This document shows, one piece after another, positions 25,742 through 41,903 of a stretch of DNA of 64,000 bases. Under the pieces are notes generated by a model. That model ran no database searches. It saw nothing but the letters and a program-made list of their open reading frames with translations, and was not told where the DNA came from. Numbering within the stretch: the first letter of the stretch is position 1; the number at the start of each line of letters is the position of its first letter. Origin of the DNA: Xylographa opegraphella (taxonomy: Eukaryota); the NCBI GenBank assembly GCA_022813865.1, contig JALDZX010000014.1, positions 124,001 through 188,000 of the forward strand. Reading direction: 5' to 3'. Position numbers and translations under genes: made by a program.

Positions 25742-26589
25742 ATGTCCGGATTGGAGGAAGCTTGCCATTTTTCCACGTCGCGGGATACCACTCTGAGACG
25801 TGGCTCCCTAACCATTGATGACTGTATCCCTGGTGTTATCGTCTTTATCAAGAAGTGCCAATATATCATCCATCAAGATTTTGTGGAGTCGGGGCTGTCC
25901 ATATCAGGTCTCCGTCACCCGGCTCTCGTGATCAAGAGGGTGGAGTCAAAAGCAAGCCATGTTCTTGTTTGCCCTGTCAGTCCATATTCCTACACCTGAG
26001 TGAGACACGAGTTGACTTTCCATAGCTTACCACATTTGGAGGCCGCACTGTGCAAGAGCGATATCCACACAACCGTATGCAACGCAAAAATTATCTTCCA
26101 ATCTATCCCAGAAGTCCGATTACGCCTAGGGGTATCCAGCTCTATACGGCGGGCGAGCCCCTGAAGAAGCCAGGATACATCAGTATAGCAGATACCTATA
26201 TTGTCCACTCAGACATGCTTCGTGCCTACGATTGGGACTTCGCTGTTGGCCAATTTCGACTCACAGAAGCAAGTTTCGGACAAGTCATTCAGGAACTTGA
26301 CCGCCGCCAAAGAGTCGGTGGTTCCATTGCCAACTTCGGAACCATTCCAGGGCACACAACATCCGAACAAAACCCGGATTCATTGACAGCTCAAGACATC
26401 TCGCTACATACTGTCTCAAAGTTGCGCGAAATCGAGACGCCCTTTCTGCCAATTTCGAACCACGATATAGGATGCAGCTATCCTCCTTCTCCTGTGTCTC
26501 CGTTACCTGGCAAGCTCATTTCTGCAGTTTGTCTTATCATGTTTCTAATGGCATGTCTTGTCGTTGGACTTTTACTGTCTTCGTCATAG
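25742..26589 (+). CDS. Hypothetical ~265-aa protein with a PemK/MazF-like domain and C-terminal transmembrane anchor (exons 25742-25975, 26026-26589)
   Basis: A GTCAGT..TTGAC..TAG intron (25976-26025) joins two ORFs in frame: PGVIVFI..RHPALVI..HVLVCP|LTTFGG..YLPI..KKPGYISIADTYIV..FRLTEASFGQV; hydrophobic C-terminus. Confidence 0.65.
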
Positions 26590-27145
26590 AATGTCGGCGT
26601 TGGTAGGTGGTCTATACATATTGCGTAACCATGCGATTTGTTGGAGGGTTGGTCACCATATCCTGTCGATGCTAAATAGGATGGACATACCTTGGGCAGA
26701 ATTAGGTGTAGTCTAGCGTTGTGTTCTAGAGTATCAGATAGGAGTCCTGAATACCATGTTTTACACTCGGAAATAGGGTTATCCTTCAGTATTGGTGAAA
26801 GCGGTCACATCGCACCAAAAAGAACCGGTGTTGATTCAAGGTATCCGTCTGGAGACACTTTTCATCCTGAGATTGCTCTGGAGGGCCTGCAGTTAAGCCC
26901 AAAGCGACAACAGTGGTTTCCCATTTGACCATCAGACTCTCGTTAAGCAGGAGGTTGCCTCAAATAGGAGGCGTAATGCAAGCAGTTGCTTAGTCATCAT
27001 CAATATGATAAACACCAGGAAAACTTGAGGTGTCCCGAAGAGGAAATGTGATTTTAAGTAAAGAATTCCAAGGGAAGAGCTCCTACTCAGATGATTTACC
27101 AGTCCTCTAGTTTGGACCGAGATACGAGCTTTAGCTTACGAAATC

Positions 27146-27799
27146 ATGATACTGACGCTGCCGTTCGAACTAAGGGCTATGATTTGGAATCATGTCTTCA
27201 TTATCCGCGAGCCGACTGTTCAACTTCGCCTCAGCCCACACGCTGCTCGCAACACGTCCGTACTCCGAGTACTCTCCGTGTGTAAAACGATATACCGAGA
27301 AGCTGTACACATCTTCTACCGCCACAACGACCTCTTACTCACTACCCCGGCTGCTTTGTTCCTCTTTCTATCATCGCTACCCAGGTCGCGGCGATTGGAG
27401 ATCACCGCGCTGACAGTCGCTGGATTCGGCCTCCACTACACTGGCTATCAATGTGCAGCTCAAGCCTTTAGCATGCTTCAACTGTGCCCAAATCTTACGA
27501 AATTTCATCTCGAATTATCGTGTGAGCATTCATGGGATATCTTTGAAGAAGCACCGGGGCGGCCTGATGGTAGATGGTACGAGTATCAATCGGCTTTGGA
27601 TTGCCTCGGAAACCTTCGAGGACTGAGGTCGGTAAGTATCGTCGGCATAAATCCTGAATATACCTGTGACTTTTACGAAGAAGTTACTAGTCCTAGAGCA
27701 ATTAAAATCAAAACAGCTTGGCTCAGGCCACGCAGCTCAAGGTCGTATCGCAAGATAAGTAATATCAAGTGTATGCCAACTCCGAAATCCTGGATTTGA
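27146..27799 (+). CDS. F-box-like fungal hypothetical protein (DUF7730-like); start or upstream exons uncertain
   Basis: LTLPFELRAMIW and VLSVCKTIYREAVHIFYRHN motifs followed by LRR-like LCPNLTKFHL and LGNLRGLRSV. Confidence 0.6.
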   Translation: MILTLPFELRAMIWNHVFIIREPTVQLRLSPHAARNTSVLRVLSVCKTIYREAVHIFYRHNDLLLTTPAALFLFLSSLPRSRRLEITALTVAGFGLHYTGYQCAAQAFSMLQLCPNLTKFHLELSCEHSWDIFEEAPGRPDGRWYEYQSALDCLGNLRGLRSVSIVGINPEYTCDFYEEVTSPRAIKIKTAWLRPRSSRSYRKISNIKCMPTPKSWI

Positions 27800-28227
27800 T
27801 ATTGCCCAGAGAGTCATTATACTGATTGTCGCAAAAGAAACTGCAGGACTAAGTAGGGCCTGAAGCGAAAGAGCATCTATGAATTGGACCTCCTCATGAT
27901 GTAAGGTACTTTTCCTCGCGCCAGAGTAGCATGGGATGTATTGCGTTGTGTTTCGCGTGATAGCTGAATATTAGCAGCTTCGAAGCGCGCATGCGCAGCG
28001 GATATACGTTGACGACTCGATTCGCACCACGATATGTTGTATGAAGCCGCATGTCAGGCTTCCCCTGCACATACACTGCTTATCTCTGGATTTTTTTTGA
28101 ACACATATGGCCTATAACCTCCAAGAGTTTCCCGATGACTATATGACTGACTTCAAGTGCCCAAGCCACGATTCATACGTAACGTCTTTCTACTGCTCTA
28201 GTATGCATACGATAACGTAGTTCAAAC

Positions 28228-29227
28228 ATGTTGATCATTTCTACCTTCTGGTTTCTTTTGATTCTTACCTTTCAGACCGTCTTTGCTTCACCAGCTCTCA
28301 GTATTGTCTCTTGAACTCCATATCATTCGGAATCTAATGATCAACAGTTGCCACGATTCCGGAACCCCTCGTCCACTTTGATTATGGCGGCTTCTCGCTT
28401 CAGGGATGCAGTGTCTACCATTCCAACGTTATGCACAACGTACTCAAAGCATCAGGAGTCGCCTTAGGACTGGCTATTGAAGACTTGGCTCAACATCAGC
28501 TGAATAGCAGCGACGGTTTCAAGGCCTTGTTCAAGGCTGAAGAGAACTTGCACAGCGTTTACTCACTGCTTTCAAACATCGAAACAGGGCACTCGCTAGC
28601 ACATCACACTTCGCCGACACAATCAAAAGTTGCCCCTTGCTTTGTTTGCGTGACACCTGAAGTTACCAGTATCGCTGGTATCTCTAATTTAAACCCATAC
28701 GAGTACTGCCAGCATGGGGACCGTATAGCAGCGTACGCAAACCCGTCACGATACATACTGCTCTGCGAGGAGTTCTTCAGACTTCCTTTGATCCCCAAAC
28801 CAAGCAGTCATGGGTGCCCGTCTGTTGCCGAAAATAAGTTTGTAGATAGTCGGTCGATTCGCGTGGCAAGGTATCAAAGCTATATCGCTATTCACGAAAT
28901 GGTATACACATAGCCTTGCTTGATCAGCTTGTGGGGCAGCAACTGATAGGATACAGGTCCACTACTACTACCTAGGGTCCTCTTTAGGCCATAATACGAA
29001 CCCTCCAGAAGTATATGACCTGAACAAATGCGTCGCACTTAGCGCTACGAACTCCTTGCGTAATCCGGCCAACTACCAGTTCTATGTGGCATGTAAGTTG
29101 CGGACGATTCATAATACCGTTGTTTGCGCTTGAGATCATCTTACTAACTTCTATCGTTCTAGTTGTCCAGCAGGGCTGCACCCAAGCCCCAAACCCGTTC
29201 CTGCCTCCGTTCTCACAACCTTCATAG
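28228..29227 (+). CDS. Secreted HExxH zinc-metalloprotease-like protein (M35/deuterolysin-like); exons 28228-28300, 28348-28901, 28957-29092, 29163-29227
   Basis: Signal peptide MLIISTFWFLLILTFQTVFA; YILLCEEFF; splicing builds IAIHEM|VHYY; PEVYD and SLRNPANYQFYV. Confidence 0.72.
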
Positions 29228-30116
29228 ATTTTCCAGTCGTTGACCCTCCTGCTGCGATTGAGATGCGTGCAGTTCCGTTTCGAGCCAGATTCAATGGGAT
29301 GTTACCGAATTGTGTCGCTCGGTTGGTACTCATCTCGCCCGTAGAAACGGTGTTCATGAAATCCATCGTGAGTCGGAGGTTGATCTCACCGTCATCTCTT
29401 CGGTCCAAAAGGCACGACGGTAGAATGATGGAAAGAAAGCGATTCCCAGTCCAGCTGGACCTAGCTTCTCTGGAGGAAATTTAGAGTGCCTCAGCGAATG
29501 GCGAATTGCTAGATCCCCGAATTTGGAGGTTGAGAAGCACAATAGCGTGTAAATGCCTTCTCGTACATCTTACAAGACAGGAATCGGGGGAATCATACAT
29601 CTTCTCTTGGATGGCAATTCCCGTAAGGCTTGTAACCGTTGATGGGCTTGCTTACACAGCGTCTTCCCTAGGTGCATTCGTAAATGAAGGTCAGATGCTG
29701 ACGTGAGCGCGGATTGTCGCAAATGGTGAGAGAGCGCTGTTCCAGGCGGTGCTCAGAACAACCAAGGTGACTGTAGAGGCAATGACCAGTGTCAATCACG
29801 CTAGATATAGGAAGTAGATACAAGACGACCGATACAATAATCTATAAGTGCATTTGAAAATCTTAGTCCATTTAGGCGTGGTCGCGCTCGTTGCGACCTG
29901 GTTATGTGCATGGTTCGGTGGACATTTTCTGATTATGCCGCTACATCTATTTGACCCGGCCACAAGGATCCCTAATACGTTGGCCTGTTACGCGTGATTT
30001 CCTTTTATATGTAAATGGCCGTATAGTTGATGGAAAGCGCCTAAATTTCGACGCCATTGCCAACCCAACCCTCGCCGCGTTCGCACTTTCGCACGATCTA
30101 CACTGTATATACAGCA

Positions 30117-30805
30117 ATGGGCAAGAAGAGGAAAGTTCTTTCGCTAGAAGAGATCTGGGATGATTCCGCGCTGATTGAGTCATGGGATGATGCTGTCGAA
30201 GAATACAAGGTAGACCAAGGACGCGTCTCATTTGGACAATCCCGTCACTAATCGTGGTAGCTCTATCACAGCATTCATGCACGTGGGGAGAGTGTAGAGG
30301 ATGCTCTGTTCTCAGCAGCCCAGGACCAGCAGATGACAAATGATCATTCATTACTGGTCGACGAGGGTACGTCTCAACCTAATTATAGAGTGGGTGACGA
30401 GTCTCTGGAAGATGGGGAATTAGAGGGGACGGAAGCGGCCATGTCAAACAACCTACAGCCGGACAAAGAACATGAAGTACGTCCGTTGACAGAATGGATG
30501 GTGTAGTACCATTGACATGCATGAAAGGAGATGCCATCGACAAAGCCTCGGATCCCCATTAGGCGACCTGATACAACTAGCCCGCAGCTCACGCAAAACT
30601 TATCTTCGATTCCGGAAGGTGTCATCGCTGCCTGTAGGTCCTAGATCTCATTCAGTTTCATCCTGAACGCCATCTGGACTCTCTAGCTAAATGTACTCTA
30701 GCTACGCAGGAGGAGGCGCAGAAAAACCTGATGATGTCTTGGTATTGGGCAGGATACTACACCGGGTTCTACGAAGGACAGAAGCAGGCAAGTGGCTCAG
30801 CTTGA
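30117..30805 (+). CDS. Survival motor neuron (SMN)-like protein, 3 introns
   Basis: N-terminal Gemin2-binding EIWDDSALIESWDDAVEEYK|LYHSI and C-terminal YG-box NLMMSWYWAGYYTGFYEG. Confidence 0.9.
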
Positions 30806-31776
30806 ACATGTACACCGACTTGAAGCTTTGCTGCTATCGAAAACAAAGGTCGTTCTATTTCAGCTCCCCATATTTAGCAATACAGAAGAGTCTTGTTCGT
30901 GTAAAGACGGAGCATGCTCGGCCTATCAGCGGCTTCAGATTTCGACTTAGCTCGGTATAGCTACCATGCATGGCGCAGCAATATACATCTTGCATTGCTC
31001 AGATCTTGTAGCTGGTATATATGGAGAAGGGCTGATTGGATGCTGCAGTCGGCGCCCTTGGCCGAATATCCTGGCCGCACATCCTGCTGAAGCACGCTTG
31101 TGATTGTGTAGCGTTTAATAAACAAAGTAATTTGGATCAGAGGCCCTATCGTTGGTCGTTGCGTAAGCCTGAAAAGCCTCCTATGATCAGAAGCGGAAAG
31201 CACTGGCCAGTAACGGTCGACGACGGTTAATGTGTCATCCAAGAATGGCAATTTAAGCGACCGGGAGGCTTGCATGAAACCGGATGAAAGCCGGGCCGGT
31301 TGAATGTGAGACGACAATTGCTTCGCAGCCTCATGCCTTCCTTTTATGCAACACGACGTCCTCAATGCCTTTAGCAATCACGCTCGTCATGGCTGACATT
31401 TATGTGAGGCTACCTAGACTAGGCTGGAATCCCCGCCGACCGGGGCAGGTGGTCAGCAAGAATGGCACCCCCCTTGCTGGATCAACCTCTCTACGTGTAG
31501 CATGATACATCTCATGTTGCAACGGTTCGTATGCCCAGATGGGGACGCATGATGCTGTGGGAATAAAATGCCATGCCGTTCCTCACAGTTCAGCTTTTTG
31601 TCACTACTCGCTCACTACTTTCGCTCATTGTCGTTGTTCTCAGTCTGTATCTTGGCTTCTATACTCTGAGCCGGCCCTCAACATACGGACCAGTCACTCG
31701 TTGATCGAACTGTCTGCCCTGATACCAATTCAAATTTCTGGTACTTTGCCTAGCGCTTCTGTACAATCTTTTCAAA

Positions 31777-33055
31777 ATGACAAAACTCCTCTATCTCCTC
31801 TCGGCTTGCGTTGGTGGTCTCGCCAGTTTCGCGACAGCTCAGTCCACCCCCGGCGAATTTCCTGTGCACGGCTCGGGCTCAAGTACACTGGGCACTTCGT
31901 TGGCGCCGCCGCCACCCGTGGTCTCGATGACTATGTCTAGCATGATGTCCTCGATGTCCGAGAGCAAGATGTCCTCAATGTCGTCTACCATGATGTCTAT
32001 GCCGACAATGTCCAAAACATCTAGCTCAATGATGATGATGCCAACGATGATCAACAATGTTATTACGGTCATAGTGACAATAGATATAACGATTATCGAG
32101 ATATTCATGGGTGGTACGGCAGCAACTTCAGTTATGGCTATGGCACCAAAGCCTTCCGGAGTCACGCATATGGTAAGCATAAGTTTCACTTGTTAGCGAA
32201 GTTGTATATGCTGATAGCATTCGATAGGTCACGGTCGGTGGATCCGCCAATGTTTTCAGTCCCAATAGTGTCGCCGCTGCTGTAGGCGACTTTGTTGAAT
32301 TCTCCTTCATGGCAACAAACAACAGCCTGACCCAATCATCGTTCAATACTCCATGTATCAAACTCGTTGGTGGTATCGATACAGGCGCCATGGTCAACGT
32401 CAACGGCATGGTAACACCGGCACCTCATGTCACCATTCAGATCACAACCCTTACTGCTTTATGTGAGTAGAAATTGTGGCTCTGTTACTGAGCGATCGCT
32501 TATTTCCATCGTTTTATAGTCTTCTTCTCCCAGCAAATGGGTACTTGTGGAATGGGAATGGTCTTCAGCGTCAACCCCACGGCCAACATGACCGAAGCAA
32601 TGTTTATTCAGAAGGCAATGATGGAAAACGGCACAATGACTAGCACAATGTCTACGGTCAAGCCGACCACAATGATGAGCACCATGACCACATCACATTC
32701 CACAACGACCATGAGTATGTCTCGTCCGACAACCACCATGACCACCATGACTACATCCCGTGCAACAGCCACCATGACCACATCTCATGCGACCACCATG
32801 GCTATGGCGACTCCTAGTCTGGTTCAAGGAACAGGAACTATTGTGAACGGCATGTGCAACTGCGCCTGCCTCTGCGGGGTCAATGCTTTCCCTGCTGGAG
32901 ACGGAATCGGTAGCTTTGGTGGACTTTCAGGTTAGCAGTGTTCTCGATCTCCGAAAAAATTCAGAGCAGTTCTAACATAAATCTCAGGCATGGCTCCTCA
33001 AGCAGCAATAATGTCTGTGGCCGCCGGTATGCCGACAAGCTTACCCGTTACTTGA
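31777..33055 (+). CDS. Secreted Met/Ser/Thr-rich protein with a cupredoxin-like domain and C-terminal CxCxCLCG motif (3 introns)
   Basis: Signal peptide; THM|VTVGG..FSPNSVAAAVGDFVEFSF..SLTQSSFNTPC..GMVFSVNP; CNCACLCGVNAFP..GIGSFGG. Confidence 0.8.
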
Positions 33056-34878
33056 GCAGGGTCTCGCGTACATTTCTCGACCTTAGTGAGAGCGATTTCC
33101 TTCATGCGCCGTTGACAGGCTGCAGGTAATCTCGGCAGGGGTACTTCCTCATGGCTGAAAATCATTGGGATGGCGTCCTTTGTGTATAGATCATATAGTA
33201 TCCGCAAGATCTCTACGGCGTGTCTCATGATAAAGCATTGTTAGGAAAGCTTGCGAGTTCTAATGATTCTATCTACTCCTGACCCTGACGCCTTGCTGAA
33301 TTTACTCCATACTTGTATAGTGGCTCTCTCGACCTGGCTACGGGACAAATTTCCGAACCATATTTCCAAGGATTAGTATGCCGTATCGTCGCACCAGTCG
33401 TCCGTAGTACCAGTCCTCTTCAGCCCGCTTGCATTGCTATTTGTCTATTTTTTGGCAGCCTCACTCTGCTTTTTTGCATTCGCTACAATCGTCAAATCAG
33501 TATGACCTCTCTTTAACGTTACAAAGTAGCGAAGCCCCCGACCTTCGTCCTGCTTCTGTCTCATAATGGTCGCCTGCTGCTCCTTGGTCCGCGCAAACTC
33601 GGTGCCAGATTGCTGCCACTCGTCAGTGCCAGCTTCACACAAGTACGAGGTCATCGGGCATACAGTGTTTTTCTTTTTCTGTACCAAGCATCCATGATCA
33701 GCCTTGCGGTTGGTAATGGGTGGGGAGGCAGGTAACATACTGTGCCGGCTTGCTCCTTCAGGTTCTTCTCGCGCGCTTTGTCTCGCTGGTTGCCTCGCGC
33801 CATGTGTACTGAGGGGTGGATGTCCGCAATGGGCTGACTCCCGGGGAGATGTGATGCCTCGGAGGCCTTGTTGCAAAAGCTTGGTGGTGGAATTTGTCGA
33901 GGCTCGTTAAGGGTGATACGGGACTCTGGTTCGTGGGTGCGGAACAGCTTGACGGGTGGCGGCCGGACCGATATGTAACGCTAGTGGGTATTCTATTTTT
34001 AGTTCCGTTTATCCTACCTTTAGTTGATGTGAATTTTATCCTCGCGGTCATTTAGAGCAGTTTCATCACGTCTACGGAGGTAGATGAGGTACCTTGTTAC
34101 AGTTCAGCTTTCGACACTTTCGAAGGCTATCAAATCAAGGCTTTGTATGCTTCAAGCTCATCGCCGAGCAGCCTTTCGAACAAGCGTGGGCGAGTATTGA
34201 CTCACTACCTTTGATCCAATGTAGCCGCCGAGCAGCAGCACGACGTGAAACATTGGCCCCGGTGGCCTGCAAGCAACCGCAACCATTGAATTCCATTCCA
34301 TTGCCATCATTGCAGAAACACCAGTAGTAAAACAATATTTCATCGCGCCACCTTCGCTGGTGCATACCCGCATGCATGGGCAGCTTCGAAAGCTCGAGGA
34401 GGTGCATTCACTGGTGGACCAATCCCACGGCCTGAATAGAGTTGTCACGTTCTTCAATACGACGTTTCGAGTCGTGAGCGACTCTATTGTGCAAGATGAA
34501 GCGAGCGCGCCTTGCTTGTTCACGCGTTTATTGAGAATCTTCAAGAGCTTCATTGTCCGCTCTTTATTCTATTGTCGGTTTTGCTTCTTTATGTGTTTCT
34601 TTTAGTGTCGCGCTTTGCTTGCTGGATCCTTTGCTTCTCAATATTTCATTCTTCGTTGATCTATCACTCATACTTAATTCCACATCGACTGGGTCGGCTC
34701 CTCTTGACTCTTCTTCGTCCTTCGATTCGTACCGAGCATCATTCCCACTTCGCACTGCTGAGCAGTTTTGAGACTTCGACAACAAGTACCTTCTTCGAAC
34801 TAGCTTCGACCTCAGTTGTGCATATCATCAATCATACCTACTTTCCAAAATTCAAGTTCTAATTTCATTAACATCGAT

Positions 34879-35858
34879 ATGGGGCTCTCAAAGCGCACCC
34901 TGACTGGCTCAGGCTACATCGTTCTCAATACCATCCGGGTAATGAACATAATCGCTCTCTTAGCAGTTGTAGCAGCGTCACTTGTCATGCTTGTCAAGAC
35001 TTTTGTTGTCTCTCAATTTTTCTTCTTCGACGGAGTCAGCCATGTGATCACTGCGTCTCTGAGCAGTATGTGTTCCCTCCCCTTCATCCTCGCACCACCC
35101 AAGTACTCCACTGACATCTTAGTTTAGTATTCCTCATCATCTCTGAACTCCCGTTCTTCAAGTCCTACTTTGCCCGCAACTGGCCGCTGCTAAGCCCATC
35201 CTCTGGGTTTGTGACTCTCGGTGTCCTCATGATTATCGTCGGCGTCTCTATTCTTGGCAACCTCAATAAATCTGCAACCTCCCAGCAAACCCTCGGCCTC
35301 TCATTTTGGCAGATTGTCATATCTTCAGGCATCGTTACTTGCATCCTTGGCTTCGTCAACATCTTCGCCAGCTACTTCTTCCGCACCCGTTCTCTCGGCG
35401 TTACTGCCCGTATGGTTCGAGCTTACGGCGCAGTTGCAGCGCAGAAAGTCGCCAGCGTCAGCAACATCAGTTCGCCACGCCGTTCGTTCCACCTTGGTCG
35501 CTCAGATACTCCGCCTTCATACCACACGTCGCCGAAATATGAAGAGGGCGAGATGAACCAGGTACCGCAGCTCCATCGCGCCAATACAGACGTCACCCGA
35601 CCAACCTCGCACATCTATGGTAATTCTGCTGGCGTCTATCGTTCAGCGACCGATGCTTACCGGCCACCACCTATCCCGTTGACGCGCGCCAGCAGTGTGT
35701 ACTCGCAAGGTACGAACAGACCACCAACACGGACCGGCTTGAGCATTAGTGGGCCGGTGAATGTTGATCAGGACCAGTTTGCGAAGTTCAAGGGCATAAA
35801 TGAGATCCAAAGGCCAGATTTGGCAGCGCATCCAGCGTTGCATGGAGACCGGTTCTAG
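34879..35858 (+). CDS. Conserved fungal multi-pass membrane protein of unknown function (intron ~35067-35127)
   Basis: GYIVLNTIRVMNII, FFFFDGVSH, IISELPFFKSYFARNWPLL; four TM segments and a disordered tail. Confidence 0.72.
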
Positions 35859-36869
35859 ATGCGGTAGGGAACAGCGAATGGATGGGATGGATGTCTGTGG
35901 CGTTAGGTCGTGAAAGCCACTTAGGGAGTTTGTGATACCCTACGTGCAAGACATTCTTGATCAGATGATGTGGTGGGGATGACATGCATAGTGGTTTTGT
36001 ATGATAATGAGAACACGTCGTTTGTGTCTGCTTACTCCTTTATCCCTTGGGTGAAGAGTTAATGATTTGAATGAACGACTCGAAGGCTTGATGAGGTGCT
36101 GTGCATATATCACCTCATGTGGCATGAGTACATAGTGGCTGCAATGAAAATTTCACACGTTACTATCCAGGTGCAAAGACACCATCCTCCTCTAAAAGAT
36201 CAGCTATGCTCGTCCAACATATTCCGTCACACCTGCATAGAGAACGATAAACATCGTGACTGAGACATGGGCGTTACAATACACGCTCACTGCCTTCTCA
36301 TTCATCGTTTCCCTGACGCGAACGGCACTCTCTGCCATCAGGTTCGCCTGGCTCATCGCTCACTTATCATGCGTCGTTGCGCATATCCAGAACTACCCAC
36401 AACATAGATCTCTCAGCTTACATGAGCTAGGGTGCTAGAGAATTCGGTTGGTAAACGCGCAAGGTCGTGAGGTCTTCTGCAACGCTTCATAGTGTATATC
36501 TGTTTTGCTTTCCTCAGCTGGGGGTGCTGGATTCGCGGTTGAATGTAGGCCACAGCGAACTTTTGCTGGCAGCGTATCTGCTTGTACGAAAGTCGATAAC
36601 TGCATCTGTTATTTTGGTTGCGGAGTCGATAAGTTAGGGCACGGGTCAGCTTGAAGTGCTACTGTTATATAAGCATAGGGTTGGGGGAAGAGATCGTCAC
36701 GGAGGTTGACAGGTGTATAGAGTTAAGAGGTAGTTGACATGAAGACAAGACATTCAGGTACTCGTAGGTCAGTCTTTGAATATCTCATCAGAGATCTCGA
36801 GCGGACAAGGCATGCCCTTGGTAAAACACGCTAAGCTCGTAAATTGGCCATCCGCCTCGGGGAGCGGGG

Positions 36870-36965
36870 CGCGTCGACCACAATCACCAAGCGCGTGAAG
36901 AGCAAGAGGCATATTTGACAAACCTCGGTTTTAGCCATGACATATCCTGTGATGAGGTACACGCG
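36870..36965. promoter_or_regulatory. Cluster of MCB-like (ACGCG/CGCGT) cores upstream of SMC3
   Basis: CGCGT at 36870 and 36892 and ACGCG at 36961, all within 120 bp of the ATG; cohesin genes are typical MBF targets. Confidence 0.45.
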
Positions 36966-36985
36966 CTGATGTTAAGCCCTCCATA

Positions 36986-40820
<3,835 letters not shown>

Positions 40821-41226
40821 GCTGCTGGTCATGGTTGTGATTGTTTCGGAGACCTTTGCTCTGGGTGGGTACGGATGATGGAAATGTTTCTCTGTTTGAT
40901 GACTTGTGCACGATACCCGGGGGATCCCAGGAGTGGATTACATGGGTCACTCACGGAATCCGATGGTGTGTTCGTTTCTTTGCTTGAAAATACTCTCCGA
41001 TTAGTTTCCAGTGAAGAGAACTTTTACATCGAAGGTTGAATGCAATGGAAAGTGACCCTCGCTGTTCTGTATATATTATGCACACCCCGGAACTGAAGGT
41101 TCTCACCAATTACTTCCGTCTTAACGAGTGAGCATACCAGCTCTAGGCAGGGGTGTACCCAAGCAGTAGGGGAAATTCAGTGAAAAAGAATATATAAAAT
41201 GTGAGTCAGTAAGTTTCTATAAAGTA

Positions 41227-41314
41227 GTCACTTTGGTGGAGTGGTTAACACGTTGCCCTGCTAAACTGTAAGGCAATGCCTTCGGGCGCGTAGGTTCGAA
41301 TCCTGCAGGTGACG
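41227..41314 (+). tRNA. tRNA-Ser(GCT) with a 7-nt intron (41264-41270)
   Basis: Acceptor stem GTCACTT/AGGTGAC, D-arm GTGGAGTGGTTAACAC, anticodon stem TTGCC/GGCAA with GCT at 41260-41262, long variable arm GCCTTCGGGC, T-loop GGTTCGAATCC, T-run downstream. Confidence 0.93.
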
Positions 41315-41903
41315 CGATGACCAATATTTTTGGCTCTCATCTTTCATATAATTACATGTCGTTTTACACAGCCACTGATATCCTGGTCAGTGGGTTACCC
41401 GACATACATGTGGGTTTGAGATATATTATGTACTGAATGTACCTCTGATACCAATTGTTCTTTTGGCGCAGTCGCAGGAGCCCATCGTTTGTCCCGCTGA
41501 AGTAAAAGTACCCCGTGAGGTCGTATACTTTTGTGTAAAAGGACTATATACCCAGTTTTCAAATCTTGAAGAACCAAATGCTTTATACCTTTACATTAGT
41601 CTACATTTAGTTTTTGTGTCCTTCAGTACCTCAGACTTGTGCTACATTTGAGAATATCGAGGCAAAGTTTTTGCTCTTAGGGTTCTTTGAAGATATGAAT
41701 TCATCTTGCGTGTTGATGTTCATTGCTACTGGCGCCATGATCGAGTTGTGTTCAGTAAATTTTATATCGAGTAAATATCAAAGAATCGCTGCCCTAATTC
41801 GAACTTACGTCTGTAGCGCCGAAGATTCCGTGAGAAAAACGGGGATCAGGTCCATCTAACGATTCCACAAACCCTCGCATCAAATCCATAACCCACAAGA
41901 CCT

